Below are positions 10,702 through 23,542 of a stretch of DNA of 51,249 bases, one piece after another. The notes beneath the pieces were generated by a model, which saw nothing but the letters and a program-made list of their open reading frames with translations, had not been told where the DNA came from and searched no databases. This stretch comes from Perkinsus olseni (Eukaryota): assembly GCA_013115125.1 (NCBI GenBank), contig JABANN010000221.1:1-51249 (forward strand). The letters are read 5' to 3'. Within the stretch, counting starts at the first letter, position 1; every line of letters begins with the position of its first letter. A program made the translations under genes and the position numbers.

Positions 10702-12659
10702 TCAGTCTTTCGGCTGCCAAGACCTCCTCATTTCGTCACAGTCGTGAGCCGCTATCTGTACATCGCTAGAGCTAAGCCACGCGATAAGAGTGGGGGTCTC
10801 GCACATCGAATGTTTGAGAGATCCCCTCAGCACCTACCAGAAAGAATATGATTCCACCGGGGAATGAACCCGGGTCGGCTGACAGGCAGTCTGCAGCTAT
10901 CTCGCCCGAGCAGTAGTCCTCACCATATGCTGGAAGCCGTTCTTGTACCGATGTTCTTCTTTCTTCAAACTCAAGTTGCCAACATTATATTTGCTTCGCT
11001 TCAACATGTCAATGCTCTCACAATCCTCCCAATCGGGGACAACGAACACAAAAGTTTTGCACGCTTGCGCAAGGATCCTCTCCACTTTGCGAACCGCCTT
11101 CAACATCAAACCCGGCTCGTAGGGCGGACCGATTTCACAAGACTGCGGAAACTGATCCATAGGCAGCCGGAAGAACGACCCGACACTCCCGAAGAAGCGG
11201 TCGGTATCGTAGAAGAGCGAACAGAAGGACGGCATTGTTGCATTGAGTGGGGAGGCAAAGCACTCGTGTGTAACATCGCACCGAACCTAATGAATGGCGA
11301 TCGTACCTCAATCGGCAACGGATACAGCCGACAATGGAAAATCGTGAAATCCTGGAAAGAGTAATTGAAGACCCGTGGTCCCTCCGCGGCGACGGAGGAA
11401 GTTCAAGCATCAATTCTGCTCCAACAATGCTCGATGTACGCTCGCCCAGAGCCAAGTGTAGTTAAGACCCACCTTCATGAGCTCCATTGCTGCGGCCGGT
11501 GTAGCGAGCTGCCAACCTCGTCCTTCGCCACTTTTTGAACCGAAAAGTGTATTATACCGGTGCAACAACAACCAGATGCGTTGAGAAACATCAATACTCT
11601 CGCGCATGTCGGCGGTACCTGAAGTGACACGTGGCTTGATGGCGCATTCCGCTCCCCAGTATACTCTTCAAGCTCTGAGGTTGGGAGTCTCGACCCAGCA
11701 GTTGCTAGCAACCAACGGCAAAGACATGCGAAAGAGCGCATTCGGACTGAGTCACAGCTCTGCTATTTATCGCATATCATCGTGCTAGATATCGAAAATA
11801 CTCATGTAGTATTGAGTTGCTCTTGCCCGAAATCTGGGAGCAGCTCACGAATGGGACGTCCACAAAACGCACCGCCGAGTGCTCTCTCACCTCGCTCAGA
11901 TTCTCTCCGATATCTTTCTCTTAGCTTATCATCATACTCCGCCAGAATATCATACGACATCGGCTGGTGGATGACGAAGCCTTCCAGTTCCTTGGGGAGA
12001 CCCTCAGTAGGCAACACTAAAGCATATCTTGAGAGAAGGAAGAACGCTAATCATGGCGGATCACTAGGATGCACCTAGTGATGCTGGACGGAATTCCGAA
12101 ACCGGAATTGCCCCGCTGACTGTCTGACCATCGTCAGGCTGACAGCCTCAGACTGTGCACATACTAGTCTTTATCGATTGAACACTCCTCATCTTGACTA
12201 CTGTTTACCAAAAATGCTCCACCAGGTGGGGTTCGCCTCGATAACAAGCAGTTCAATGCCGCACGCTGCTCCAACAATCACGACGGACTGCGTATTTGGT
12301 ATGCTTATTTCAGCGGGGAACGCTTCTACTTGGACCATCAGCTCACTTGATTCGTCCTTGTCTTGGGCAACTCCGCTCGACAGTAGCTTCAAAGTCGTTT
12401 GCCTCCAAGAAATCATGAATAACCCCCGGCCACCTCACCAGCACGTCCGATCTCGCTCGGGCGAATCCTTCGCGGAGCAGAACTTCCAGCTCTCGAGAGA
12501 GAAGAGCCTCGCCCGGGACTGCTGGATCTGCACACGGGTGGAGCAGTACTGGCGGTGACGGCCGGCAGCAATCTTACCATCCCGATTGATTTCAACGGGC
12601 TTCGCTCCACTGCGTTGCAGGTATTTCTCTATTGGGGATACCGCTGGTACTGATAACAT
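10702..12659 (-). CDS. PCIF1/CAPAM-like adenosine N6-methyltransferase-domain protein; multi-exon
   Basis: Exon translations LLLHRYNTLFG..EGRGWQLA, ECFASPLN, FCSLFYDTDRFFGSVGSFF, SCEIGPPYE, FVFVVPDW, HRYKNGFQH and last exon ...TLIAWL...SWQPKD* follow the PCIF1 domain order. First exon MLSVPAVSPIEKYLQR; ~50-nt GT-AG introns. Confidence 0.85.
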
Positions 12660-14212
12660 GAAGCAGACTTCTCATAGCTGGTTATTTCCTGCACTATGTA
12701 TCATCGGCGAAATGAAAAAGAGACTCCGTGAAAGACGATGATATTGTCGGCATGATTCACTCTTGATCCGTGATTTGACACTGAAATTCCCTTATATGCT
12801 GGATTAGATGGTTGATCAGATGAACACAGTAACCCAATTTTGCATTTCAAACGGCCGTACGGTTCTTACAACATCGAAATTTCATCTGAGCAGACTTGCT
12901 ACGTCTGACATGCGAGAGAACGGAAAAATCCTCCAATTTCCAGCACCCACTCCGTCGTCGCTTCTGGAGACCGCGGATGACGACGACGGATAAGACTTTA
13001 GAACTGAAATACCTTGCTGAATTGTTCAAGCGATCGAAAGGCGGAAATTCACGGGGTATTAGACTATAGTACGATATATTCACGATCACTACCATTCTGG
13101 GAAACTTCCACGAACAAATGCTCTCTCTCCTCGCAGGCCAGAGGGGCATCGGGCTCCGCCAGAGCAGCGAACAACCAGGCATTAAAGGACTCGTTTGGTG
13201 CCTGGGACGATTTCAACACAATCCACGCCGAACCGCCAGGGCTGAGCGTGGTAGTGTTCGACATGGATTCTGGTCAGGCTCTACGAGAGTATCCGAAATA
13301 TCAAGTCTAACACACTATCTGTAACGATGATTTTGGTAACCGAGCAACTCGGCATCACGACGGCATGCTTCGAGCATGCTCCGAGCACGGCATACTTAGG
13401 GCATGGTGCTTACCGACATGCTACGTTACCTGTGTAAAAGCAGGAACGCTGATCTCCTAAAATTTCCCAACTCAATGAACAGATCCCAAAGAGAGTCTCC
13501 TCAGGTAACTCGCCGCCGTTTCTATCGGGCTCGAACATCCGCAGTGAAGTGAGCTCAAGCCAAGGAATCGTCGCTCGTCGACTCGGGTATTCACATCACG
13601 GGCTCCCGTTAATGCTCACCCGCTTCAAGTTGCTCATACGATTGCAGGACCGGTCAAAAACCTTCCTCAGTCCATTCATCTCCCCTCGCCGGACTATCTC
13701 GAGCAGGCACTCGTTTGTGAAGCAGTCCATTGGGATGGTCAAGAAGGGCTACCCGGTGGTAGTGCAACCCACACGAGTGCGTGGACAATTTCCCAAAATC
13801 GGTCTCACATCTCACCCTTCTGAATCTTAGATCAACGAATTCGACCAAACTTCGGTCCGATTCTTGTCGAATAGGTGAAAAAGGCGATCCAATAGGTGTC
13901 ACCGAAGCGACCCCTATCAACGGAAAACCCTCACATGAGTCAAGCGCTCAGCCGGTGAGAGCACTCGAAAGACATCCCCGAGCTCAGTTTTGACCACCCT
14001 ACTACCAATAACTCAAAAGCTTACTCGCCTTCGTGAAGTGCCAGCTTAAGCCAGGCTGATTTAGATATGAAGATTCCTCAGGATTGGGAGTCTTCACGAC
14101 AAAAAAATCGTAACGTAAGTGGACTCAGAAACAAGTATGAACAGATGAATCGAGCTGAAGTCTAACGATCCCATACAAGCTCGACCGAAAGGCTCATTCA
14201 ACGCCCGGGATT

Positions 14213-15690
14213 TCACCACTCAGACCGAAACTCTCCACCTCTGCTCGCCGCCGACTCGGACCCCCCGAACTCGCTGTCGGTCTTCACACGCCTGTCTGGA
14301 GTTTCGTTTTCCGAGCCATTCGCATATTCTATTTCTTCTTCCCCACGGTCGCACCACACTGTGAACCAGTTGACTCTTCTACCGCCGTCTCCAGGTAGAG
14401 GGGGCAGGCCAGAACCGCAATGCTGAGGACAATCACACGGCTTAGCGGCAGGTCCAGGGTTCGAACCCGGGAGGCTCACTTTTTTCGACATATAGTCGAG
14501 TGAAGGGTATAATGGACGATAGGCAAAGATAACATAATACAGCGAAGCAAAGCCATAAAAAATCTCACGAATGGCGTTCGCTACTGGGAGAACCGCCAGC
14601 AAACGGGTCCTGATGGGAAGCGCAAAGGACTGCTTCCTAAGAGAGATTGCATCCCTGACACTTACATCGACCACTGTTTGACGAGCTCTCGGCTTCTTCG
14701 TAGGGACAATGCCACCGCGCTGACTGTGAGAGGCAGGAGAAGTAGTAAGTATACCTATGGAAATCATTTGCAAGACCTTCGCTATTGTCGTGCGTGCAAT
14801 CGCGGGACAATCTGATCCCCTCATGGTCACGGAGGCTAACTCTGGCGGTTAGTGGCACAACAATGGCTGTACGATCATCCTACTACGGTGGAACCAGTAA
14901 TAGTTCAACGATAGTCCTCTAGCAGGAAAGTCCTCAATTCAACGAGGACTGAGGAGCTCCATCATCTTCTCACGAGTTGAAATCAATCAGGTCCTCGCCA
15001 AAGAGCAAAGAGAAGAAAGAACATTCGCCTCCACCTTGCGCAAGATAATGGAGGAAACACTGTATGGACGAATTCTCGTAGGAACAAGATAGCAACCCGG
15101 CGGGTACTTACCAGCAGGATGAATACGATATCGAATGGCGAGCGGAAGAATATGACGACCAGCATGAGAGGCCTGACAGCGGAGCGATGTCGAATCGGAA
15201 CTGGATGACCATTACAACGAGGGAATAGCCCAATCGGAGTTCTGGATCGTACTAAGCTACTACACAGCAACCCTCATCATGAAGTAACGTTTTCGGAAGC
15301 ATGTGAAGGTATTCCCGAGTTAGTGTTTTTGTTTTTCACCCTAATACCACGATAGAATAGGGGAATCGATAGATCGTTATATGACGAAATCCATCGAGCG
15401 AGAACAAGGTCACATTCGCCGCGCCTCGCTCTTTGATCACCTTGCGATTGCGAAGAACTTGGGAATGTACTGGTCGAAGAGTATCCAGAACTTGGCGAAG
15501 AATCTGATGAAGATCATCAAACTCGCCTCGATCGTTCGATACACGGGAATGAATCGCCCAGACCAAAACGACCGCCTTACATGTTGAACGTCACACATTT
15601 GAAATTGATCAGCTCCCAGAGAAGCTTCCCTTGTAGAGCCCAATCGCTGCAATACGACGCGAAAAAATCTCGCTTGGTGCTCACAGATAC
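14213..15690 (-). CDS. Hypothetical multi-exon membrane protein (model incomplete, possibly degenerate)
   Basis: Hydrophobic exon translations (IFYGFASLYYVIFAYRP; WRRMFFLLFALW) are separated by GT-AG introns, e.g. a 57-nt gtgagc...cctcag at ~14423-14479. Confidence 0.3.
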
Positions 15691-16679
15691 CTGACAGAAA
15701 CCACGCCTGCACCAGCCGAGTCGGCTGAGCCGACAGCAAAGCCTAGGCAAGGTTGACATAGAGCCAGGTGATGTAAAACAGGACAAAATGGGAAAGGCCC
15801 TCTTCAGTGTACTTATTAATGGACTAACAAAGAACATTGCTCATAAGCGCTTATTGGCTTAAGCCAATCCGCTCTACCTAGGCCAGCCGAGTAGCAACTT
15901 TCCCTGACTGCGAACTAGCATCACCGTAAGACCCGAGAACCGAAGCACGAAGTAAGAACTCGGCACCCTCGGAAACTTGGCAGCTGTGTAGAGAACCTTC
16001 TCTACTGTTATGCTCATCCGATTCGAGACCACAACGCATGATCGGATAACAGCGCTCACACGGCAAATGAGACCGGCTAGCCATTTCGCTGAACTCACCG
16101 GCTGTGAAGCCAATTCGGTGCGACACTCCACTTGGGTTAACTGCCTCAACGTAATAGCCTGGTCGAGCTCTGATGACCAGCACACCTGGCAACAGAAGAT
16201 CAGCACATTGATCGTTGGAGAATCTTCCGACCTTTCCCGCTCCGGATGATGTAGCGGTAGCTCCGTAAAGACTTATTCGATCCCACAGACACAGCGAATT
16301 GGGAGGGGTGGTGACGACTGATCCGGTTAGCCCTTGAAAGGAGACGTATCGGCTGAAAATGAGTGAACAAATCAGCTACTGTTGTTTATGAACTAAAAAG
16401 AGTGGGTAATTCAATTCTGGTGGTAATCACTTCGAAACTGCCCACTAATAAGCAGCGAGAATCAAATCCCATTGACACTGTCGAATAGGAGCGACTCGGA
16501 TACCACACAAGGATAGTTGAGCGCATAGAAGCTTTTACAATATCTCCGTTTAGCGCGGGTTACCGCCTCACACGGGAAATTATTTCCAGGGGTATTTCTC
16601 GGAGCGGATTTTTCGACTTTTTTCTTGATAGCGCGTACCGACGTCCCCGACGGATGAATTCTGGTTCATTCTCGGGACT

Positions 16680-17705
16680 CACATATTCTCTCGCTGTATC
16701 AAGAAATCATCCACCATCCACGACGTCTTTACGGACCCAGATGGCATCATCGCCCTCGGCGGGAGGATTACCAGTTGCGTGCCCTTCTCGATGTGTTCCT
16801 GAGGAATCCTCAGCTCAACATTGCAAGATACCAAATAGCTCAAACGGGAATGAAATTACCCGGCAATGGCTGTTGAAGACCCGCGGCAGGTCGCGTTCAT
16901 CAACACCATCGAAGTCGTTGACAACGAGGGCGTAACGGTATCTACCCGAAAAGGGCTCAACATCCAGTCTAACCTTCAACGACAATGATCCACATCAGCC
17001 AGCTCCGTGCTCGATCGCACGGGAAAAGATTCGCAGACTTCACTGTGCAACAGCTCTTCTCCTTACAATGCTCTCTTCGGCTCATCCTTGTTCTCCAGAC
17101 TGTGCCTCTTAGCAACAGCGGGAATCCACACCTTATTCGCCCAATGAAGGGCAACCACCGGATTGTCTTCAGGCAGGTATGCGTAGTTGATGTTGAAACT
17201 CACAACCCGCTAAGAGTCGCGGAAGAGTTGGTACGAGCATGCATGCGCCAAAGCGTATCCTACTCTCAACATGTTGCAACAGTCATCTTTAGGGGTTCTC
17301 CCACCCCCAAAGTCCACAACGAAGACCTTAGACTGCCCGGCCCTCGCTGCCGGGAACAGATCTTCACATCTAAGAGTGAAGATACGTCCAAAGATACGTG
17401 GATGAGAGGTTAACCTGCCATACACCATGTCGATTCAGTATATTACCTCTGCACAAGATTCGCCAACCTCTGCCTTCTACTCGGATTCGCGCAAGTCCCG
17501 CTGCGAACCAAGATGATGACGCATGCCTCAGAATTGGCCATCATATTATGACGAATCTCGCCTGAACATACTTGCATTCTGTCGCGCGCCACAAAATCAT
17601 TCATGGCCCTTCTCGACCTCACTCGCAGCGTAATCGCTCGGAAATTTAAGATACGATTTGATACGCTAGTAGCATACTTTCACTACTGGAAGAAGGGGCG
17701 TCCAT
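16680..17705 (-). CDS. Hypothetical multi-exon protein (possibly pseudogene)
   Basis: Exons MDAPSSSSE, EIRHNMMANSEACVIILVRSG...QR|CEDLFPAARAGQSKVFVVDFGGG...LR|RVVSFNINYAYLPEDNPVVALHWANK and YRYALVVNDFDGVDERDLPRVFNSHCR|EHIEKGTQLVILPP are bounded by GT/AG. One internal exon has no clean frame. Confidence 0.45.
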
Positions 17706-17899
17706 TTCACAAAAACCTATTGGATTCACAACGCTCAACAAACCGACCCCAGAGCCTCCGCGTAGGAAAACGAAAACAGTAACTCTCCATTACCAAGGAG
17801 CGGCGGCGGCACCACCGCTGCGGCGAAGCCCAGAAATGCAGGCACGAGTTTGAATCACATGCGGCTTACCTCGTCGCGTCTTGTTTGCGCCTTTGAGCG

Positions 17900-19960
17900 G
17901 CCCCGTCAAGAACCTGCCAGACCCAATCCTGCCAGCCAGCTCAGGCAGCGACTCACCACTGCGGCCTGCAAGTTGGAGGCAGCAGCAATATCATCAATAT
18001 GAAGATATCTCCAAGGGCGAGAAGGTCCGTAAAAGGCCAGTAGCTTGCCGAACCGATGCCGAGGAGTGCATCCAGTAAACCTGACGTGATTAACGGTAAA
18101 ACGAGGTGAGCGCAGTCGAAGTGCAGTTGAGACCCTTTCTTTGACTAGCAAGTTGCTAGTAGCAACACGATCAATGAATAGTGGGTGAACCAGCGATGTT
18201 TCGTTGAGAGAAGATCCTCGGGGACCATGAGTAGCACAATGTCGAATAAATACCAAAGGAAGCCGGCTAAAGCTAGGCGAAAGTTCTCTTCGACACTTCT
18301 TGCGTACATTCTGGACGAATACGGTCACACGTACATCCCGACAGCAACGCATAACTCGAGAGCGATGCCCGAAGACACACGCCGCTCGCGACTAATCTGA
18401 CCGCTGCGCCACGAAATTGTCGCAGTGAGATCAGAATGCATTGGCATGACCTGCGATCGCGAAGATCAACGCAGCGACTCGCTGCCAGCGAACAGCAGCA
18501 ACAAGGTCGCAGATAAGTATATTTCGAATCGAGTCTGCGCAACGACTCCGCCCCGATACTTACTCCACCAGGTGGTGGGGAAAAATTGGGAAGGCGAGAG
18601 GGCGAAAATAAACAGTGCAACTGTCAGATGAACTGCGAAGTACCTAAAAGCAGCGATCTTCGAGTCAGAAATATCTGACATACTGTGTATCTTGCGCTAA
18701 TCAAGCTCGGATACCATCAACCATGTTGCTCGAGATTCCCGGAATAGAAAATACACAACCCCAGCAACCACTTACAAAATTATCCGCACAACCATTGAAA
18801 TTATGCCGCGAATGACGGCGATTCTTTCACGTGCGGCAGCAGCCACCTGCAACAAACTTGCTATCTTTCATCACCTTGCATTTCCCCAGCGCCGACCTTC
18901 ATATTCTCCAACTTAATTCTCCATTCAGTTGATAATGTACCTGTAAGATTTCCAGGTGTAGGGTCAACCCGCATTGAAAAGGGCGGAAGAGTTCGCTCAA
19001 TCTTCGAGAGTAAATTTTTCCGATTCGGTTACCCGGGAGCGATGTTGCAGGTCCTTGACTTGACGAAGATGATCTGAAAAGTGACAAACACTCGTCGTGT
19101 GATTTAGCGGCGCGCGAGAACTCACCGACGGTCGGAACCAGCTCTACTGCGTTGAGCACCGACATCCTGAGACATGATTTTTGAAAGAAAATAGGTAGCA
19201 GAATTCCGGTAAAGCCTTACACGATGGCGGCCGGCAGCGTCGTCATGAAGATCAGAGTTGTGCCTGAGCCAGCGGAGTCCCAGAGCATGGCACACGCTGT
19301 CAGATATCCCACCGCGAGCTGGATTCCGTCTCCCGTTTCATAGCTTCAACAGCCTCACCGATATGCGCAACCATCACGGCATCGTCAACTGTGTCCTCAT
19401 GGGCCTTCCTTCGAACTTTGAACTGGGGGCCGAGAGGTGGCAGGTTCGATCCCGGCGTCCAACATCTCACCCATTCTATGACTTCCCTCATCACAAGTAG
19501 CATTAGAAGAATGATGCTACCAATGTAAAGGGCGATGATCACTATACTGTGACCAGGCGTGACCTGGAAATGGCAAACGAGTAATATTTCGCTCCGCCCC
19601 CACAGCGAGAAAATCCGCAACGGGAACACAGCGAGAACAATCTCGCCGCAACAAAGAACGACAACCCATCATTGAAACCTCGCTCTCTGCATCCTTCAAC
19701 CGCTTAGCGTCCTCGACGACGGTTGCCAGGCACAGAGGGAACGAAGGAGTACCACAGGGAGAGTCACCGACTTGTGTTGCAGCAGGTAGTCACGAAAGTG
19801 ACCGAAAAAACTGGCATAGTCGGTTTACCCGCGATGCAAACAACGCGACTAGAAACTCACTTCTCATTCCTCGGGTTGTCTCATAACACACTGCGTTCAC
19901 GGGACAGATCGAACCAAAAACCCAAGTGGAGAGCGGCCGCGCGCAACAACACTATGCCAT
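17900..19960 (-). pseudogene. Degenerate multi-exon membrane-protein gene
   Basis: TM-like exons (HSIVIIALYIGSIILLMLLV; YFAVHLTVALFIFAL; IYLSATLLLLFAG) with splice signals, but in-frame stops and unresolved phases. Confidence 0.3.
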
Positions 19961-22900
19961 GTCAGAGATCACAATATTACTCACCATCGCGTCCAAGGAG
20001 CAAATTGGCATCAGACCAACTGCAGTGTCGCTGAGCTGAATCGTCATTTGATCATCCAGGAAAAGGCTAACGTCCGCGGGCGAACCCGTTGACGGGAAGA
20101 CAGGGAACCTGGGAACACAGATAGATATTTTACCGCAACCATAGTCATATATGAAAACGCCTGGTGCCGGGATCGAACCTGGACTTCCTCACCTGTTGTC
20201 GGTCCACACTACTTCCTGAGCTTCTATCTGCTGGAACGACACCGTGCTGAAGCACGGCCTGTCTGCGATACATGTAAGACATCGTCCACCAGCACAATTT
20301 CCTCCGAACACATTCTCATCGAAGAAACCTGAAAAAAGCAAGATCACGCGAGATGACAATATCCCACCTTACCGCATTGCAAACCGGTTCTCGCGGCGTA
20401 GTCCCCAAAATCAGTGAATACTGCACTCTGAACGGGCTTGTTCGGGTCGAGCTGCATCCATAGACGACATCTTTTCCCGTCAATTGCGTTCCTTGGCGAT
20501 GCCGCCGTCCACGCCGCAAATACCTTAACAAAGCGCGGACCAAAATCAATCACCCAACAGACCAATATGCAGGCAGTCGGATAACCCGCTGCCTCAGCAA
20601 GCGTCGTCGTGAGGCTAATTCCCGCTATGATCATACCGCCACGAGGTCGGATCCACGATGAGTATACGCTCTGAGTCGAAGCCTCGACCCACCGCACTGC
20701 GTGTTTTGATGAAGTTAAGAAGCGAAGAAAACACTCACCGGGTTGGATACGATAGCATCCCCATCGACCGTCCGCATACATAGTGTATTACCCAGCCACT
20801 GCGTGGACCTCGTATAACTACTGGCACTCGCAAAGATCATCAGAAACTGAGAAAAAACGACGAGTGCGGGGATCGAAGCTGTTCCTAACCTCCTACCAGA
20901 AACACCGCCGTCCCAATGACTCTGCATAATGCTGGGAGAGGGTTCGGACCCGAGATAGGGATCTTACTACGTAGGTACCTACTAGCAAGCTCCTGCACGC
21001 TGACACGTGGCATCGTCCATGCCAGTGCTCAATGAGCGCTGCTCATAGCACAGACAACCCCGATAACGATCGAACCTTCACTTGGTAAGTCGCTACGAAG
21101 CGGCTCACTCACTTCCTCTGCAAACGCATTGTTCTCTCTAAAGGATCCTCAATCTGCTCGCCGTGGCCGGCACTTCTGCTATCATCCTGCTCTAGGCTTC
21201 TCGCATCTACAGAGTACGCGAGGCGATTATCGAAGATTCCCGACTTCACAAAGTGCGGAAAGCATAAAAACTAACGAAGCTCTCACCTTCCAGAGATTTG
21301 AACCGATAACCTCTCGGTGTCAATCTGGGCGAATCCTCCGCTGAGCCACGACGACTGCGTTTTTGTTGTCTCACCGAACTGGCCTCTCTGCCAACATCTA
21401 GTCCCTCGCCACCTGCACAGTGGGGGATATTGGGCCATCCACCCCCGTCGGCGTCGTCCTACCGTAACCCCCTTCCCATCCCGTGGACATGGATACGACA
21501 TTGCTCCTGTTGCCACTCTCACTAGGACCAGGGGTGTCGAGCGTGAGGCTGATCGACCTTGCCGACGACCTGGGAAATTTGCGAGCAACTTGACAGCTCA
21601 CACAGGAGCTCGTCTACTGTCATCACAATCCACTGTAGTTAATGAGAGAGAGTTATCTCCCGCTACTCACCTCGGACTCGACCGAGCAAGCCTTGGGGTG
21701 CTTGGATGCAAAGGCGGCCGTTGAGGATAATTTTGTGGCGTGGTGACGCTTACGCGGCCTGAGAAGGCAGGCAACTTGTAGTTGAGTGAGATACTATGCC
21801 GAGTACTCCCCTGCACAATTTCCAGGTTCGACGGCATCAGTATCAAGTCAGTATTATTCGAGCCGTATAGAGTCCGTTTTGAAAGAAAGTGTGAGTCATT
21901 GAACGCCGCTCAGAATTTCTGGACAAATCCTAGAGGAGGCTTCATACTTGCGCGTCATAGTCGTTCGAAAATTGATGAAGTCAATAACAAGGATTTCTTT
22001 TGTCAGATAGGTAGAGCGTAGCTTCGAGAGAATGTAGACTTTCGCAACGCCACTCGTCCGCAGGTAATCCAACCGAACGCTGAGCGGGCGATGACGAGGA
22101 GTATTCGATCCGACCATCGGGGATTGTGGAAATAGATCTATGACCACCGCAGAGTCACGCGCAACCCGCATGACGTTCAATTCCCTCGCGGTGCTCATTT
22201 CAGCGAGCACCGCCGGTGGGCCGAGATGAGTTCGCGGCACGGTATGGTTCAATCTTTCTCGTCCCGACTGAATCCCCTATTTCTCCCGCTGGTTCTCGAA
22301 CTGTCCAGGATAAGCGCATCGTCATTGCCGTAAAGCCGCGGAGAAACTCGGCGGAGTCCCCAGAACCCTTATAACCTCTAGCTTGACTGCTTGGAGTCGA
22401 ATACCTCTTCGACCGGCCGACCGCTTCCCTGAACCCTCTGTCGCTCGACGTCGATATTCGTCGCCCGTTAGTGTACATTATGATACGAAAATAGTTCTAC
22501 TGGGTGGGTTCGAGGTTCCTCATCCAGGCAGAGGCTGCTACAGACCGGCATCTCCTCATCTTCCTGGCTCGAGATCACTTGTTTTAAACGTGAGCCGATA
22601 GTAGGGTCGCCGATGGCTGGCATTTTATTGCGACGAAAACAATTGGCGTCACACGAGCCATAGTTCAACTTGCGCTCTTGCGTCAACTCACGTTTTCCCA
22701 AGTCCATGCCGCGCCGCTCAATATCTCGCTCGCCACAAATGATATGATACCGTTTCGAGTAACTCGTTCTTTCCAAGGGAGAGGTACAAATTCCAAGGAA
22801 CCATTTTGGGGAATCTTGTCGCCGTATCGGTCCCATCACTGTCATAGATTTTCCGCGTGACCGGGGTTGTCCAGACGCTGTCTTGAAGGGTTCTTTCGAG

Positions 22901-23028
22901 TGGATTCTTCAGAATAGAATTTTAATCCACAAGCTGACAGTCAGGCTTGAAAAGTTAACGCCTCAGGCTGCCTGATGCGTCAACTTCTCAAGTCACAATT
23001 GAGCTACTAAGTGCGCCTAACTCGCAGG

Positions 23029-23284
23029 CAGAGCTGGGCAACCGTACTGGGGTCGAGGAAAGTACGGTACGGAGTACGTTTCAAACTGTCAACCTAGTAC
23101 GGGTACGGAGAGCAAGTACGTATTAAATATATTAAATAACGCCCACGTGTATTGAATTACGCCTTACTTCAAGTACGTCGTACTAGGACCGTACTTGCGA
23201 ACCTCTGCGACGGGTAGTACGGGTACGGAGCCGTACTCGTACCGTACTCCGTACTAGACCGTACCGAACTGTCGCCCATCCCTA
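23029..23284. mobile_element. Non-autonomous hAT-type element (MITE), 256 bp
   Basis: Exact 8-bp direct repeat CTCGCAGG at 23021-23028 and 23285-23292. Imperfect TIRs CAGAGCTGGGCAAC / TAGGGATGGGCGAC; about 17 internal GTAC-core repeats around an AT-rich centre. Confidence 0.85.
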
Positions 23285-23542
23285 CTCGCAGGTACTGTGA
23301 CCACATAACTCAATTTAAGGATTCGAAGAGGAGCTCCTCAGGAGACGATATAGTAATAATAACGCGCCGTATGGCGACGTCGATGCTACCGCTATTAGCT
23401 ACACTTCGTTTACTCGCAGTGAGACCAGAACAATTGGGCAGCTCTCATTCACTCGCACCTTTAGTGCGGCACTACTGACAATGGTTTTCACCTCGGCGTC
23501 AAAGAACAGTGCTTTTGCCTTCAGCGTTTCTCTCCCCCCGTA

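Noticed and set aside
13335-13410. GCATGC-rich stretch with weak GGTAAC/GTTACC ends
   Set aside because: Too short and degenerate, with no TSD, to call an element.
19425-19465. GGTTCGATCCC tRNA-like segment
   Set aside because: No acceptor, D or anticodon arms; it lies antisense in a probable coding exon.
20850-20915. tRNA-like 3' end followed by a T-run on the minus strand
   Set aside because: T-stem does not pair and there is no cloverleaf; the T-run is explained as a splice-acceptor tract.
23029-23284. CRISPR-like repetition
   Set aside because: No constant repeat-spacer periodicity; explained as MITE subterminal motifs in eukaryotic DNA.
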